Source: Betaproteobacteria bacterium
GTDB lineage: Bacteria > Pseudomonadota > Gammaproteobacteria > Burkholderiales > Usitatibacteraceae
Assembly (NCBI GenBank): GCA_043793345.1
Contig: JAYVXF010000094.1
Location: 1-49,402, forward strand
Length of the DNA: 49,402 nt
Direction of reading: 5' to 3'
Of the stretch, positions 17,066 through 26,974 are shown piece by piece; position 1 is the stretch's first letter, and each line of letters opens with the position of its first letter. The position numbers and the translations under genes are program-made. Below the pieces are notes generated by a model. That model searched no databases and had not been told where the DNA came from. It was given only the letters and a program-made list of their open reading frames with translations.

Positions 17066-17683
17066 CTAAAACCAACTTTGCGGAATGATTAAAACGTCGC
17101 CCGGTCTCATCTCGACGTTGGCGGAAACGTCGCCACGTTTGATCAGGTCTTTGATACGAACCCGATACTGTTTGTTGCCATCCGCGGTTCGCAGCAACGT
17201 GGCACCATTGCCGTCAGCAAAATCGGTAATTCCACCGACGGCGATCATCACATCCAGCAGCGTCATTTTTTGCTTGTATGCAAGTGCCTGCGGTTTCGTT
17301 GCCTCGCCAACTACCCGAACCTGCTCGGCGTACTGACCGACGAAATTGGTCACGACGACGGTCACGACCGGATCGCGAATAACTTTCGACAGCGCCTTTT
17401 CGATGTCGCGTGCCAGAGTTGTCGCATCTTTTCCCAAGGCCGGTAAATCTTCGACCAGCGGGGCGGCAATTTTGCCATCGGGCCGCACCGGTACGACCAT
17501 CGACAACTCTGGATTTCGCCACACGACAATGCTGACCGTATCACCCGGACCGATGACGTATTTGTAATCCGGCGAAGCGGCAAGGGCAGGTGCTTGCGGG
17601 AGTGAGCTACAGCCGCCAACGATAACCATCACAGCCGATGCAATAACCAAACCAACGGCACGAGCCAACAGACGTGTTTGCAT
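17066..17683 (-). CDS. epsE: Polysaccharide export outer-membrane lipoprotein (Wza/Poly_export family, EpsE type)
   Basis: Lipobox VGGCSS, the Poly_export motif YVIGPGDTVSIVVW, and an SLBB-like C-terminus. A strong GGGAGGAAGT SD precedes the ATG. Confidence 0.85.
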   Translation of the reverse strand: MQTRLLARAVGLVIASAVMVIVGGCSSLPQAPALAASPDYKYVIGPGDTVSIVVWRNPELSMVVPVRPDGKIAAPLVEDLPALGKDATTLARDIEKALSKVIRDPVVTVVVTNFVGQYAEQVRVVGEATKPQALAYKQKMTLLDVMIAVGGITDFADGNGATLLRTADGNKQYRVRIKDLIKRGDVSANVEMRPGDVLIIPQSWF

Positions 17684-18006
17684 ACTTCCTCCCTGGTGAA
17701 TCGGTTCGAGTGCAACCGCGAATGCGTTGGATGATGTCGCGTTCCGGCGATTGCCAACAATGCCATATGTTACTATCTTTTCAATATCTTCTTGCTCATT
17801 TGTTGTGCAATGTCACGGCAATTTGCCGATTGTTTGGCGACCAAAACGAAGGCAGGAAAGAACAGCATTTTACAAATGCGAAGCGTAAAAATACCACAGC
17901 GAGCAGTGTTGCCCACGTTATCCTGTTGACGCGGCGCGCTCGCTGAATCAAATGTCATCGGCATCCATCGCCGATCAACTTAATCAAAGCCAGGCTCCAT
18001 CTTTAA

Positions 18007-19029
18007 ATGACCAGCACCATTCTCATCACCGGCGGTGCCGGCTACATCGGTTCCCATACCCTGATTGAGTTTCTTCGCGCAGGGCACGAGTTGGTGGTTG
18101 TCGATAACTTCAGCAACAGTAAGCGGGAAGCGCTGCGTCGGGTGGAGCGCATCAGTGGCAAGCCGGTAACGTTTTACCCACTGGACGTAAGAGATCGTGA
18201 GGGCTTGCAACGCATTTTCGGCCGCCATGCAATCACTGCGGTGATTCATTTCGCGGGGCTCAAGGCGGTCGGCGAATCGGTGGAAAAGCCGCTCGAGTAT
18301 TACGACAACAATGTCACCGGTAGTCTGGTATTGCTCGACGTGATGGCCGCCGCAAATGTCAGGACGATTGTATTTAGCTCGTCCGCGACCGTGTACGGCG
18401 ATCCACAATCGGTGCCGATCCGCGAGGACTTTCCATTGTCAGCGACCAATCCCTACGGCCGCAGCAAGCTGATGGTCGAAGAAATGCTGCGCGATCTATA
18501 TCGCGCCGATGATCGCTGGCGTATCGCTTTGCTGCGCTACTTTAATCCGGTCGGCGCCCATGCCAGCGGTCTCATCGGCGAAGACCCGAATGGCATTCCC
18601 AACAATCTCATGCCGATTGTCGCGCGCGTCGCCGTTGGCAGACTTCAGTCGCTCGCCGTTTACGGCAACGATTATCCGACTCGTGACGGCACCGGTGTGC
18701 GCGACTATATCCACGTGGTCGATCTGGCGCTTGGTCACCTCAAGGCGCTCGACGCGCTGCAGCGACGCGGCGGTTTGATCACGGTTAATCTGGGCACCGG
18801 CAACGGCTATTCGGTACTCGACGTGGTGCGCGCTTTTGAATCCGCCAGCGGTCGCGCGGTGGCATATCAGTTCGCGCCGCGCCGCAGTGGCGACATCGCC
18901 GCGTGCTACGCGGATCCGGCGCTGGCTCTCGAGTTGCTCGGCTGGCGCGCAGAACGCGGGCTCGACGAAATGTGCATTGATGCATGGCGCTGGCAAAGCG
19001 ATAATCCGAAAGGCTTTGAGCCCGCGTGA
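18007..19029 (+). CDS. galE: UDP-glucose 4-epimerase
   Basis: The Rossmann motif [13 protein letters not shown] and the catalytic NPYGRSK (YxxxK) are present. The 340-aa length is typical. Confidence 0.9.
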   Translation: MTSTILITGGAGYIGSHTLIEFLRAGHELVVVDNFSNSKREALRRVERISGKPVTFYPLDVRDREGLQRIFGRHAITAVIHFAGLKAVGESVEKPLEYYDNNVTGSLVLLDVMAAANVRTIVFSSSATVYGDPQSVPIREDFPLSATNPYGRSKLMVEEMLRDLYRADDRWRIALLRYFNPVGAHASGLIGEDPNGIPNNLMPIVARVAVGRLQSLAVYGNDYPTRDGTGVRDYIHVVDLALGHLKALDALQRRGGLITVNLGTGNGYSVLDVVRAFESASGRAVAYQFAPRRSGDIAACYADPALALELLGWRAERGLDEMCIDAWRWQSDNPKGFEPA

Positions 19030-19175
19030 AGAGCAGAGTTGAGCAACCGTAGTCAGTGCGTTGTTGCCGTGATCGAAGACTTCACCACCCGCTTTGTTTA
19101 TAATTCACGCCTGATTTCACGGCGCGTCGAAACTCAGGAAGCATTTCCTTAACCCCATTTTTTTCAGGATCTACC

Positions 19176-20390
19176 ATGGCCAAAATCAAAGTCAAAAACC
19201 CGGTTGTTGAAATGGATGGCGATGAGATGACACGCATCATCTGGCAGATGATTCGTGAAAAACTTATTCTTCCTTACCTCGACATCGATCTCAAATACTT
19301 TGATTTGGGGATGGAGCACCGTGACGCGACCGACGACAAGGTGACCGTTGATTCCGCGATGGCAACGCTCAAATATGGTGTCGCCGTGAAATGCGCGACC
19401 ATCACGCCGGACGAAGCGCGGGTCAAGGAATTCAACCTGAAACAAATGTGGAAAAGCCCGAACGGGACCATCCGCAATATTCTCGACGGCACCATTTTCC
19501 GTGAGCCGATCATCTGTAAAAACGTGCCGCGTCTGGTCAGCCACTGGGATAAGCCGGTGGTGGTTGCCCGCCACGGTTTCGGCGATCAATATCGCGCCAC
19601 CGATTTTCAATTTCCGGGTGCCGGCACATTGACGATGAAATTTGTACCGGCCGACGGCAGTGCGCCGATTGAACGGGAAGTGTTCAAGGCGCCCGCCGCC
19701 GGTATCGCGCTGGCCATGTACAACCTCGACGCATCCATCCGCGGATTTGCCCGTGCGTGCTTTAACTACGGTCTGGATCGCAATTACGCGGTGTATCTCT
19801 CGACCAAAAACACCATCCTGAAAGTGTACGACGGCCGTTTCAAAAATCTCTTTCAGGAAATTTACGAAGCCGAATTTGCGGCCAGGTTTGACGCCGCCAA
19901 GCTTACCTACGAGCACCGCCTGATCGACGACATGGTCGCCTCCAATCTGAAATGGAGTGGCGGCTATTTGTGGGCCTGCAAAAACTATGACGGCGACGTG
20001 CAGTCCGACACGGTCGCACAAGGCTACGGCTCGCTGGGCCTGATGACGTCGGTGTTGATGTCGCCGGACGGCAAGACGGTCGAGGCCGAGGCCGCGCACG
20101 GCACCGTGACGCGCCACTACCGCATGCACCAGCAGGGCAAGCCGACGTCGACCAATCCGATCGCATCGATCTACGCCTGGACACGCGGGCTGATTTTTCG
20201 CGGCAAGATGGACGGCACGCCCGAGGTCGTCAAGTTTGCCGAGACGCTCGAAAAAATTTGTGTCGATGTGGTCGAGTCCGGCAAGATGACCAAGGATCTC
20301 GCCATCCTGATCAGTGCGGATCAGCCCTACCTCACCACCGAAGAATTCCTCGGTGCAGTGGATACCGAGCTGAAGCGCCGGATGCAATAG
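19176..20390 (+). CDS. icd: NADP-dependent isocitrate dehydrogenase (eukaryote-like homodimeric subfamily)
   Basis: The N-terminus [23 protein letters not shown] and the internal motif NYDGDVQSD are characteristic of the ~404-aa subfamily II IDH. Confidence 0.9.
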   Translation: MAKIKVKNPVVEMDGDEMTRIIWQMIREKLILPYLDIDLKYFDLGMEHRDATDDKVTVDSAMATLKYGVAVKCATITPDEARVKEFNLKQMWKSPNGTIRNILDGTIFREPIICKNVPRLVSHWDKPVVVARHGFGDQYRATDFQFPGAGTLTMKFVPADGSAPIEREVFKAPAAGIALAMYNLDASIRGFARACFNYGLDRNYAVYLSTKNTILKVYDGRFKNLFQEIYEAEFAARFDAAKLTYEHRLIDDMVASNLKWSGGYLWACKNYDGDVQSDTVAQGYGSLGLMTSVLMSPDGKTVEAEAAHGTVTRHYRMHQQGKPTSTNPIASIYAWTRGLIFRGKMDGTPEVVKFAETLEKICVDVVESGKMTKDLAILISADQPYLTTEEFLGAVDTELKRRMQ

Positions 20391-20404
20391 CCGCACACGG
20401 AGAC

Positions 20405-20472
20405 AAAACTCTGGCATTGGCGCGGCTTCTGGCACGAAAACGCCATGAGAGCCGCGCCAGCGCTAGAGTTTT
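20405..20472. repeat. Intergenic palindromic repeat, family A, copy 2; probably doubles as a bidirectional terminator hairpin
   Basis: AAAACTCTGGCATTGGCGCGGCTTCTGGCACGAAAACGCCATGAGAGCCGCGCCAGCGCTAGAGTTTT. The arms AAAACTCT..GGCGCGGCT and AGCCGCGCC..AGAGTTTT pair. It lies between the convergent icd and hydrolase genes. Confidence 0.55.
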
Positions 20473-20514
20473 GCTGGCTGGTGACAATAGCTCGCGCTGA
20501 ACAGCCGGCTTGCG

Positions 20515-21159
20515 TCAAGCCTGCTGTACCATCCATCGCCCGATAATGCGTTTCAAAATATGCAAACGCTGATGAAAAAAATGATCGGCGTCAGGCACCA
20601 CCACCACCGCGATGTCGCGTGACCTTGCCCAATTGAGCGAATCGATCAGCGCCACCGTCTCGTCCTTTTCGCCGTGAATCAGCAGTGTTGATTCTGGTGC
20701 CACGCCGCCGCTTTTCACGTTTTGCCAATGCGACATGCGCGAGAATCCCGGTGCAACCAAAATCATTTGTTCGCAGCGTAACTGCTCGCTCGCGGCCAGC
20801 GTGACCGCCGCGCCGAACGAGAATCCGCATAACCACAATGGCAAGCCCGGATGCGCGGCGCTGGCATGCGCGACCACGGTCAGCAAATCGGCTGTCTCGC
20901 CGCGCCCGTCGTCGTGCTCACCGTCGCTTTTTCCCACGCCGCGAAAATTGAATCGGTAGCTTGCAGCACCTGCGTCGAACACCGCGCGCGTAAGCGTCGT
21001 TGCGACCTTATTGTCCATGCTGCCGCCGAATAGTGGATGCGGATGCGCAACGACGGCAATGGCAATCGGCGCTCGCAGGTCGCTGACGTGCACCGCCACT
21101 TCGATTGCGCCAGCTGCGCCGTCAATTAAACTTTTCGCGACCGGGAATGGACTCGCCAT
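20515..21159 (-). CDS. Alpha/beta-fold hydrolase (small single-domain type)
   Basis: 214 aa with the nucleophile elbow CGFSFGA, the late acidic/His residues PDADHFF, and the HPHPLFGG motif. Confidence 0.7.
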   Translation of the reverse strand: MASPFPVAKSLIDGAAGAIEVAVHVSDLRAPIAIAVVAHPHPLFGGSMDNKVATTLTRAVFDAGAASYRFNFRGVGKSDGEHDDGRGETADLLTVVAHASAAHPGLPLWLCGFSFGAAVTLAASEQLRCEQMILVAPGFSRMSHWQNVKSGGVAPESTLLIHGEKDETVALIDSLNWARSRDIAVVVVPDADHFFHQRLHILKRIIGRWMVQQA

Positions 21160-21163
21160 GAAA

Positions 21164-21472
21164 TTAAATTTTCAGCCGCTCAACCACGCGGCCATGCTGA
21201 ATGTGTTCGGAAATGATTTCATCGATGTCGGTTTTATCGATGTAGGTATACCAGACATTGTCGGGATAAACGACCATCACCGGACCCTCCGCGCAACGAT
21301 CCATACAGCCGGCTAAGTTGATGCGCACCTTGCCCTCACCGTTCAGATTAAGTTTTTTGATGCGCTGTTTCGCGTAGTCACGAATGCCTTCCGCGTCATG
21401 CTGGTTGCAGCACTCGCGGCCATCGTCACGCTGATTGACACAGAAAAAAACGTGATGCTGGTAGTAGCTCAT
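21164..21472 (-). CDS. Thioredoxin-like [2Fe-2S] ferredoxin
   Basis: 102 aa. The Cys ligand pattern is FFCVNQRDDGRECC ... AGCMDRCAEGPVMVVYP. Confidence 0.75.
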   Translation of the reverse strand: MSYYQHHVFFCVNQRDDGRECCNQHDAEGIRDYAKQRIKKLNLNGEGKVRINLAGCMDRCAEGPVMVVYPDNVWYTYIDKTDIDEIISEHIQHGRVVERLKI

Positions 21473-21522
21473 GGTGATATTTTTTTGAAGGGAGGTAAAG
21501 GTTTAGTACGGTTCAATGCGGT

Positions 21523-22647
21523 TCAATGCGGCTCGCGATGGGTCACGAACAGCCAAGCCAGAAAAATCACGGTGACCAGCGGCCACGTCTCGTGCATCCA
21601 CCGCGTCAAGCTCGCAAAATTGACGAGCTGGCCGTGCGGCCAACTGAACAACCGCAGCGTTTCATCAAAAGCGCCGTAGATACTGGTGATTTTCGCCATC
21701 AAGCCGCCCGCGAAAACAAACAGCGTGGCACAGAATGCGCGCCAGCGGAAACTAAAGCGTGAGAAGTATGCCGCCAATATCAATCCCGATGTTAGCCCGA
21801 TCACGGTCGCAGGGGCCATCCAGTCGATCATCTGTGGCGCTTTCAACATCAGCGCCGCCATCGCCACCTTGATCACGAAACCGGCCGCGAGCAACAACAT
21901 GACGTTGAGCATCACCCCCCGGTTCGGTCGCATCAACAACGCCACAAACAGCGTGAATCCGCACACGTTGAGCGTGATACCGATCGCCTGGGGCAGTAAC
22001 ACCAATGGGTTGTACGGATGCGCATTCGCCGCGTCGAACGGGTTCGCTATGTGGCCGGCCTCGAAAAACGGAATCGCCGGATTGAGCTGCGCAAATATCC
22101 AGAAGCCAAGCAGAATCAGACCCCAGCCAGTCTCAACGGAGGACGAAAAATATCGATGCCGCCAATTCCGCCACGCGCCGATGAGCAGGCGGCCCGGTGT
22201 TGCCAGAACCAGCGCTGCGCCCGCCGCCGCGCCAGCCGAATTGGCCAACAAATCTACAAACGATGACACCCGACCCGGCAAAAATGCCTGTAAAGATTCA
22301 AAGCCAAAAGAAAGCGCAGCACTCGCCGCGACCGCAAGCGCCCAGATTTGCGCGCTATGCTTAATCCTGATTGCAGCGGCCTGACTTTGATCCCTGAACA
22401 CGGCGGCGAGCATCGCACCAAGCGGCGCGTAGGCCGCAATATTTAGCATGACATCGAATGCAATCACGTACTTCGGCCAGACCAAAAACGTGAACACTTC
22501 TGGCCAGCGCCAGCCGAAAAATGGATTGAGGCTTGCGTACGCCAACATCAGGGAGTAGGCCAGCAGCGCGCCACGGTCGGCACGCAGGATGCGCGTGCGG
22601 GTGGCGCTTAGCGACGGGTCTGGGCTGGTGGGCACGGTTGAAGACAT
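21523..22647 (-). CDS. VanZ-like polytopic membrane protein
   Basis: The N-terminal VanZ-type pattern is FGFESLQAFLPGRVSSFVDLLANSAGAAAGAAL, followed by a further ~200 aa of TM helices. Confidence 0.6.
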   Translation of the reverse strand: MSSTVPTSPDPSLSATRTRILRADRGALLAYSLMLAYASLNPFFGWRWPEVFTFLVWPKYVIAFDVMLNIAAYAPLGAMLAAVFRDQSQAAAIRIKHSAQIWALAVAASAALSFGFESLQAFLPGRVSSFVDLLANSAGAAAGAALVLATPGRLLIGAWRNWRHRYFSSSVETGWGLILLGFWIFAQLNPAIPFFEAGHIANPFDAANAHPYNPLVLLPQAIGITLNVCGFTLFVALLMRPNRGVMLNVMLLLAAGFVIKVAMAALMLKAPQMIDWMAPATVIGLTSGLILAAYFSRFSFRWRAFCATLFVFAGGLMAKITSIYGAFDETLRLFSWPHGQLVNFASLTRWMHETWPLVTVIFLAWLFVTHREPH

Positions 22648-22674
22648 CGGGACATATTTGAAGGAAAATTTGCC

Positions 22675-23196
22675 TCAGGAAATCTGCGCGAGTTCACTTG
22701 CATAGCGCGCCGCGTTGTCCACGTAGTGCTGCGCGATCCAGCGCACATGCGTGACTTCCTCATCACTTAGCTGCCGCACCACGCGCCCCGGCGAACCCAT
22801 CACCAGCGAGCGATCCGCAATCACTTTGCCTTCTGGAATCAGTGAATTTGCACCGATCAGGCAATCGCGACCGATCACGGCGCGGTTCAACACCACCGCC
22901 TTGATGCCGATCAGGGAGCCCTCCTTCACGGTGCAGCCGTGCAACATCGCCATGTGACCCACACTCACGCCTTTCTCCAGTGTGAGCGCAACCCCTTCAT
23001 CGGTGTGAAGCACCGAGCCATCCTGAATGTTCACGTTTTCGCCGATGGTGATGGTGTCGTTGTCGCCGCGAATCACCACGTTGAACCACACATTGGCATT
23101 TTTGCCGAGCACCACGTCGCCGATGACGGAGGCGTTGGGAGCGATGTAGTTGTTGCCGCGAAGGATGGGTTGTTTGTTGCCGAGGGCGTAGATCAT
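22675..23196 (-). CDS. Gamma-carbonic-anhydrase-like left-handed beta-helix protein (PaaY/YrdA family)
   Basis: Hexapeptide repeats run throughout. The start is set at the ATG at 23196 (MIYALGNKQPIL), giving the family-typical ~173 aa. The track start at 23256 adds 20 atypical residues. Confidence 0.8.
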   Translation of the reverse strand: MIYALGNKQPILRGNNYIAPNASVIGDVVLGKNANVWFNVVIRGDNDTITIGENVNIQDGSVLHTDEGVALTLEKGVSVGHMAMLHGCTVKEGSLIGIKAVVLNRAVIGRDCLIGANSLIPEGKVIADRSLVMGSPGRVVRQLSDEEVTHVRWIAQHYVDNAARYASELAQIS

Positions 23197-23347
23197 TTTT
23201 GGCTCACTGGATTTTGCGATTGAGGCGTATTGATTTGTTGCGCGGGTGCGCTCCACTTCGCCAGCTTAGGCGTGCGGATGGATTGATTGTAGCCAATTCA
23301 TGCGCGTCGGCGTGTGTGCAAGAGTCGTGTGCAGGTGCGCGCAAAGC

Positions 23348-23410
23348 GAAACTCCGCTCCCAGCTTGCCGTTTGGCGTGAAAATGGCTGGAGAGCCGCGC
23401 CGGTGCTAGA
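23348..23410. repeat. Intergenic repeat, family A, copy 3 (more diverged)
   Basis: TGGCGTGAAAATGGCTGGAGAGCCGCGCCGGTGCTAGA matches TGGCACGAAAACGCCATGAGAGCCGCGCCAGCGCTAGA of copy 2 at 30 of 38 positions by my count. It is preceded by GAAACTCC. Confidence 0.45.
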
Positions 23411-23481
23411 CCTCGGCGTAGGTTCTATAGTCTTTGCAAAATGTAGCGTGAAACGCATATGCGCCGCGATATCAATTTCCT

Positions 23482-23578
23482 GTCATTTCGAACCCGGCTT
23501 CATCGGGTGAGAAATCTGCTGTTGATGATGCAAGGCAAAAGCAGATTTCTCCCTTCGCACGAAATGACAATCTCTTGT
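23482..23578. repeat. 97-nt compound palindrome (two perfect stems of 9 and 12 bp)
   Basis: GTCATTTCG-(18 nt)-GAGAAATCTGCT-(19-nt loop)-AGCAGATTTCTC-(8 nt)-CGAAATGAC. It lies between the stop of the LytTR regulator gene and the gamma-CA gene start. No flanking U-run on either strand. Confidence 0.7.
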
Positions 23579-23654
23579 AGCGCGGGCTGGCGCAGCGCAA
23601 TCGGCGATCTGTGATTCAGCATCGCACGACGCCGCGAGCTTCAGAAGCCGTTGC

Positions 23655-24428
23655 TTACATCTGCTTAAACAAATGCGAAAACGGCCGGCTCACGGTTAGA
23701 TTTTCTTTGCGCCCTTTGACCTTCACCGTTGCCTGCCCGCGAAAGTCGCGCGACACCGCTTCAATGGCCGCCGCATTGACGATGGTTGAGCGGTGAATTT
23801 GCCAGAATTTTTCGGTGTCGATACCGTCGAGAATTTCCTTGATCGGCGTTTTGATCAAGGCATCGAATTCCCTGGTGGCGACCAATGTATATTTTTCATC
23901 AGACTGAAAAAACAGCACGTCTTCAATCGGAATCAAACGCAGGTTCGAGCCAATATTGGCTTTGATCCATTTCAGTTTTTCGTTGTGCGGAGTAAGCTTG
24001 GCGGAAAGATGCGCCAGCAGCGCGTCCAAATTTTGCGGCGGCGGCGCGGGCACGATGGATAAGCGCTCTTTGAGCCGCTCGACCGCCGCTTTGAGACGTT
24101 CGTCGCTGTAGGGTTTCAACACGTAATCGATGGCACCGGTCTCGAATGCTTCGACTGCGTACTGATCAAAGGCGGTGACGAACACCACGTGGCAGCGCAA
24201 TGCGCGATTGGCGCTAACACTTTTCGCCACTTCCACGCCGGTCATTTCCGGCATCTGGATATCGAGAAATGCGAGCTGCGGCTGATGTTCACTGATCGCT
24301 TCCAGCGCCGCTTCGCCGTCGCCTACGTCAGCGACAACGATGAGTTCCGGCCACAGTTTGGCGAGCTTGGATTTGAGTTGGGCGCGGAGGATGGGTTCAT
24401 CTTCGGCGATGATCGCTGTAATCGTCAT
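23655..24428 (-). CDS. LytTR-family response regulator (REC + LytTR DNA-binding domain)
   Basis: The REC domain has AIIAEDEPILR and the phospho-acceptor context AFLDIQMPEMTG. The C-terminal LytTR pattern is IPIEDVLFFQSDEKYTLV...FWQIHRSTIVN. Confidence 0.85.
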   Translation of the reverse strand: MTITAIIAEDEPILRAQLKSKLAKLWPELIVVADVGDGEAALEAISEHQPQLAFLDIQMPEMTGVEVAKSVSANRALRCHVVFVTAFDQYAVEAFETGAIDYVLKPYSDERLKAAVERLKERLSIVPAPPPQNLDALLAHLSAKLTPHNEKLKWIKANIGSNLRLIPIEDVLFFQSDEKYTLVATREFDALIKTPIKEILDGIDTEKFWQIHRSTIVNAAAIEAVSRDFRGQATVKVKGRKENLTVSRPFSHLFKQM

Positions 24429-24470
24429 GGTGGTTTTTTCTGCGTGGATAGCTTCGTTATTATGCCGCCA

Positions 24471-26603
24471 CTATTTCCCCGGCGCATCGGTGACGACCGG
24501 CTTGGCGCGTTTGCGCCACCAGAACCACCAGATCGCAAAACCCACCACCGCAAACGGTGCCATCGTCGGTGCCAACGAAATCAGAATCACCAGCGGAATA
24601 AATATCAGTAAGCCGGCAAACAAAAATCCCAGCCCATAAATCACCGCGACCACAATCGCTATCGCCAGTGCGGCCACGCCAAAGCCGATCAACAAGCCCA
24701 CCGAGCCCAGCGCCATGCCTTCCAAACCGCCGAGCTGCGATTGCCCCATATGCACCGGCAACCAGCCCGTATAAAGCGCGATCAGGCCGACCACCAGCAA
24801 CACCGCGAGCACGGCAATCAAACCGACAAATAGGGCCGAGAGAATTCTGGTCCACACGCTATGCGTTCTGGTGGCGGCACCCCACGCGCGGCTCCAGCCG
24901 GTCGTCACCGGCTCAGCGCGGAAATTGGCGCTTGCAGACATGGTCGGCGATGCGGCTTGTTGTGCGGCAAGCGTTGCGGGCAGCTCGATGGTCGCGACCA
25001 CACCTTGCGCATTATTTGATTCAATCGTGAAGCGCGCCTTGTCGCCATACAGCGCAAGCAAGCGCTCACGCAAATTGCTCAGTCCGACACCGCCACCGGT
25101 TTGGATCGGTGCGTCGGTCAAGCCTTTGCCCGTGTCTTTCACTTGCAAGCGGATGCGATCCCCGTCGGTCGTGAAAATGCGCGTGACGACGACGTCGATG
25201 CGGCCACCTTCGCGCAGCGGCTCGAGCCCGTGCTTGATGGCGTTTTCGACCAGCGAGGGCAGCATCATCGGCGGGAACGGTGCTGTCAACAAATCTTCCG
25301 GCACGTCGATGGCAAATTCCAGCCGCGCACCCATGCGCATTTTGAGAATATTCAGATACGCACGCACGCGCTCAATTTCCTGGCCGACCGTGGATGAGGT
25401 CTCGCGCATTTTCGGCAGCGATGCACGCAAATACTGAATAAGGTGACCGACCATTTGATTGGCCGCCGGCGGATCGACTTCGGTCAGCGCCTGCACATTG
25501 GCGAGCGTGTTGTATAAAAAATGCGGCTCCACTTGCGCCTGCAAAGCTTGCAGGCGCGCTTCGGTCACCTGCCGGTTCACGTTGCTGATTTCGGCTTCCT
25601 GTGTCTTCTTGTCGGCAAACGCCAGCGCGCGACGCGACCGGCCGATGTAGACCTTGGCGATCGTCAACATGACGAACAGCGGGATGAAGGTGAGAATCAG
25701 CGCGGAGCCCACGCCGATGCGCCACACGTCGCCCGCTACTTTCGCGTGAATATCGGCGCGGGTCTCAGGTGCGAGTGGCGCCAGCGGGATGACCGGTGGC
25801 AGGTGGAGGCCGTCCCTGTTGACCTCTACAGCCGAAGTTGCCGGCCGAGGCGCGGGCGCGACAATCGGCGCGGCGGGGGCAGTGATTTTCGGTGTCACGC
25901 CGTCGACATCGATTTTTATCGACAAGCCGGTGGTGTCCGCAGCCACTTTTCCCGATGCGTCTTTCCCGGCGGACGTATCGGTCGCCTTGTTACTGTTGGC
26001 GACGTCGCGGTCGCGCATCGCCTTGATCGATTTCAACGCGTCCCTGGCCGCTTTTTCGCGCTGTTTCGCGCCGCCGATCAGCTCGTCAAAGGACGCTGCC
26101 GTCGCCGTGGTATCGAAGCCCTTGTTGCGCAATTTGTCGAGCGCATCGCTGCGTGCCTCCTCGATGGTTTCACGCGCGTCGATCGCCGACTCGAGAGCGC
26201 TCTGGGCGACATCGCGCGCGGCCAGGCGCGCCGCCTCGGCTGCGTCGCCCGCCGCTGAACGCATCGCCTTGCCGACTTCAACCTGCGCGCTGGAGAGCTC
26301 TTTGCGCGCGCGGTCGATTTCGTTTAGCGCACGATCCATTTCCGCTCGACTGGACGGATCATTGGTGCGTTCCCTGAGGGTGCCGACGATGCCCTCGGCG
26401 AAATTGAGCGCGCTGTCACCAAACGCCAGATCGATCTCGCGCTTGATGGCGCGCTTTTCGTCAGGGGTGGCACCACTTTCAGACAGCCGCATTACGTGAA
26501 TCGGCGCGGTGAACAACACCAGCAGCATCAAGGTAGCGAAGCCAAAAATGGCGACCCCCCACCACGGGGTTTTGTGAATGAAATTGCCGAGCGCTTTAAA
26601 CAT
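24471..26603 (-). CDS. LytS/YehU-type sensor histidine kinase with a long helical extracytoplasmic region and a C-terminal multi-TM extension
   Basis: The phospho-acceptor box is VEPHFLYNTLANVQAL. The HATPase motifs are LVENAIKHGLEP, VKDTGKGL and GGVGLSNLRERL. It lies 42 nt upstream of the LytTR regulator gene. See the finding on its architecture. Confidence 0.8.
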   Translation of the reverse strand: MFKALGNFIHKTPWWGVAIFGFATLMLLVLFTAPIHVMRLSESGATPDEKRAIKREIDLAFGDSALNFAEGIVGTLRERTNDPSSRAEMDRALNEIDRARKELSSAQVEVGKAMRSAAGDAAEAARLAARDVAQSALESAIDARETIEEARSDALDKLRNKGFDTTATAASFDELIGGAKQREKAARDALKSIKAMRDRDVANSNKATDTSAGKDASGKVAADTTGLSIKIDVDGVTPKITAPAAPIVAPAPRPATSAVEVNRDGLHLPPVIPLAPLAPETRADIHAKVAGDVWRIGVGSALILTFIPLFVMLTIAKVYIGRSRRALAFADKKTQEAEISNVNRQVTEARLQALQAQVEPHFLYNTLANVQALTEVDPPAANQMVGHLIQYLRASLPKMRETSSTVGQEIERVRAYLNILKMRMGARLEFAIDVPEDLLTAPFPPMMLPSLVENAIKHGLEPLREGGRIDVVVTRIFTTDGDRIRLQVKDTGKGLTDAPIQTGGGVGLSNLRERLLALYGDKARFTIESNNAQGVVATIELPATLAAQQAASPTMSASANFRAEPVTTGWSRAWGAATRTHSVWTRILSALFVGLIAVLAVLLVVGLIALYTGWLPVHMGQSQLGGLEGMALGSVGLLIGFGVAALAIAIVVAVIYGLGFLFAGLLIFIPLVILISLAPTMAPFAVVGFAIWWFWWRKRAKPVVTDAPGK

Positions 26604-26800
26604 ATTCTGGATCAGGTTTGATGGCAGAGTTTACGGGATGAAGTGAGCATACGGCGGCCGCAACGCCTGCGCGATGGACATGGAGCGGATTGCAGAAGCT
26701 GCGGGACGAGTCGCAGGGAGGGCGGATGAAACCGGAGAAATTCGCACCAAGCTTACGGGGCGGTCTCGCGCAGGCGCGCGGATAACCCGCTAACGACAAG

Positions 26801-26870
26801 AAAACTCCAGCATTGGCGGGCGTCTCCGTGGCATTTCGCGCTTGAACGCCGCGCCTGTGCTAGTGTTTTT
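26801..26870. repeat. Intergenic palindromic repeat, family A, copy 4
   Basis: AAAACTCCAGCATTGGCGGGCG...CGCCGCGCCTGTGCTAGTGTTTTT. The head matches copy 2 at 16 of the first 18 nt, and the tail GCTAGTGTTT is identical to copy 1. Confidence 0.5.
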
Positions 26871-26974
26871 ACTTGCGATGGCACGTTCAATCTTTAACTG
26901 CAACACCAGCCAGCATTGTTGCGTAGACCGCATTTGGCGTACGCGAGCCGGAGATTTCGCGCGCGCGGTGTTGC

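Noticed and set aside
19164-20435. 423-aa minus-strand ORF covering the whole icd region
   Set aside because: It is the antisense shadow of an unmistakable isocitrate dehydrogenase on the plus strand. Its product is Arg/His/Gly/Val-rich with no motifs. Long antisense ORFs are expected in GC-rich coding DNA.
24668-26499. Plus-strand ORFs (120-245 aa) opposite the LytS-type kinase
   Set aside because: These are antisense shadows with Arg/Ser/Ala-rich products and no SDs. The minus strand carries the kinase motifs.
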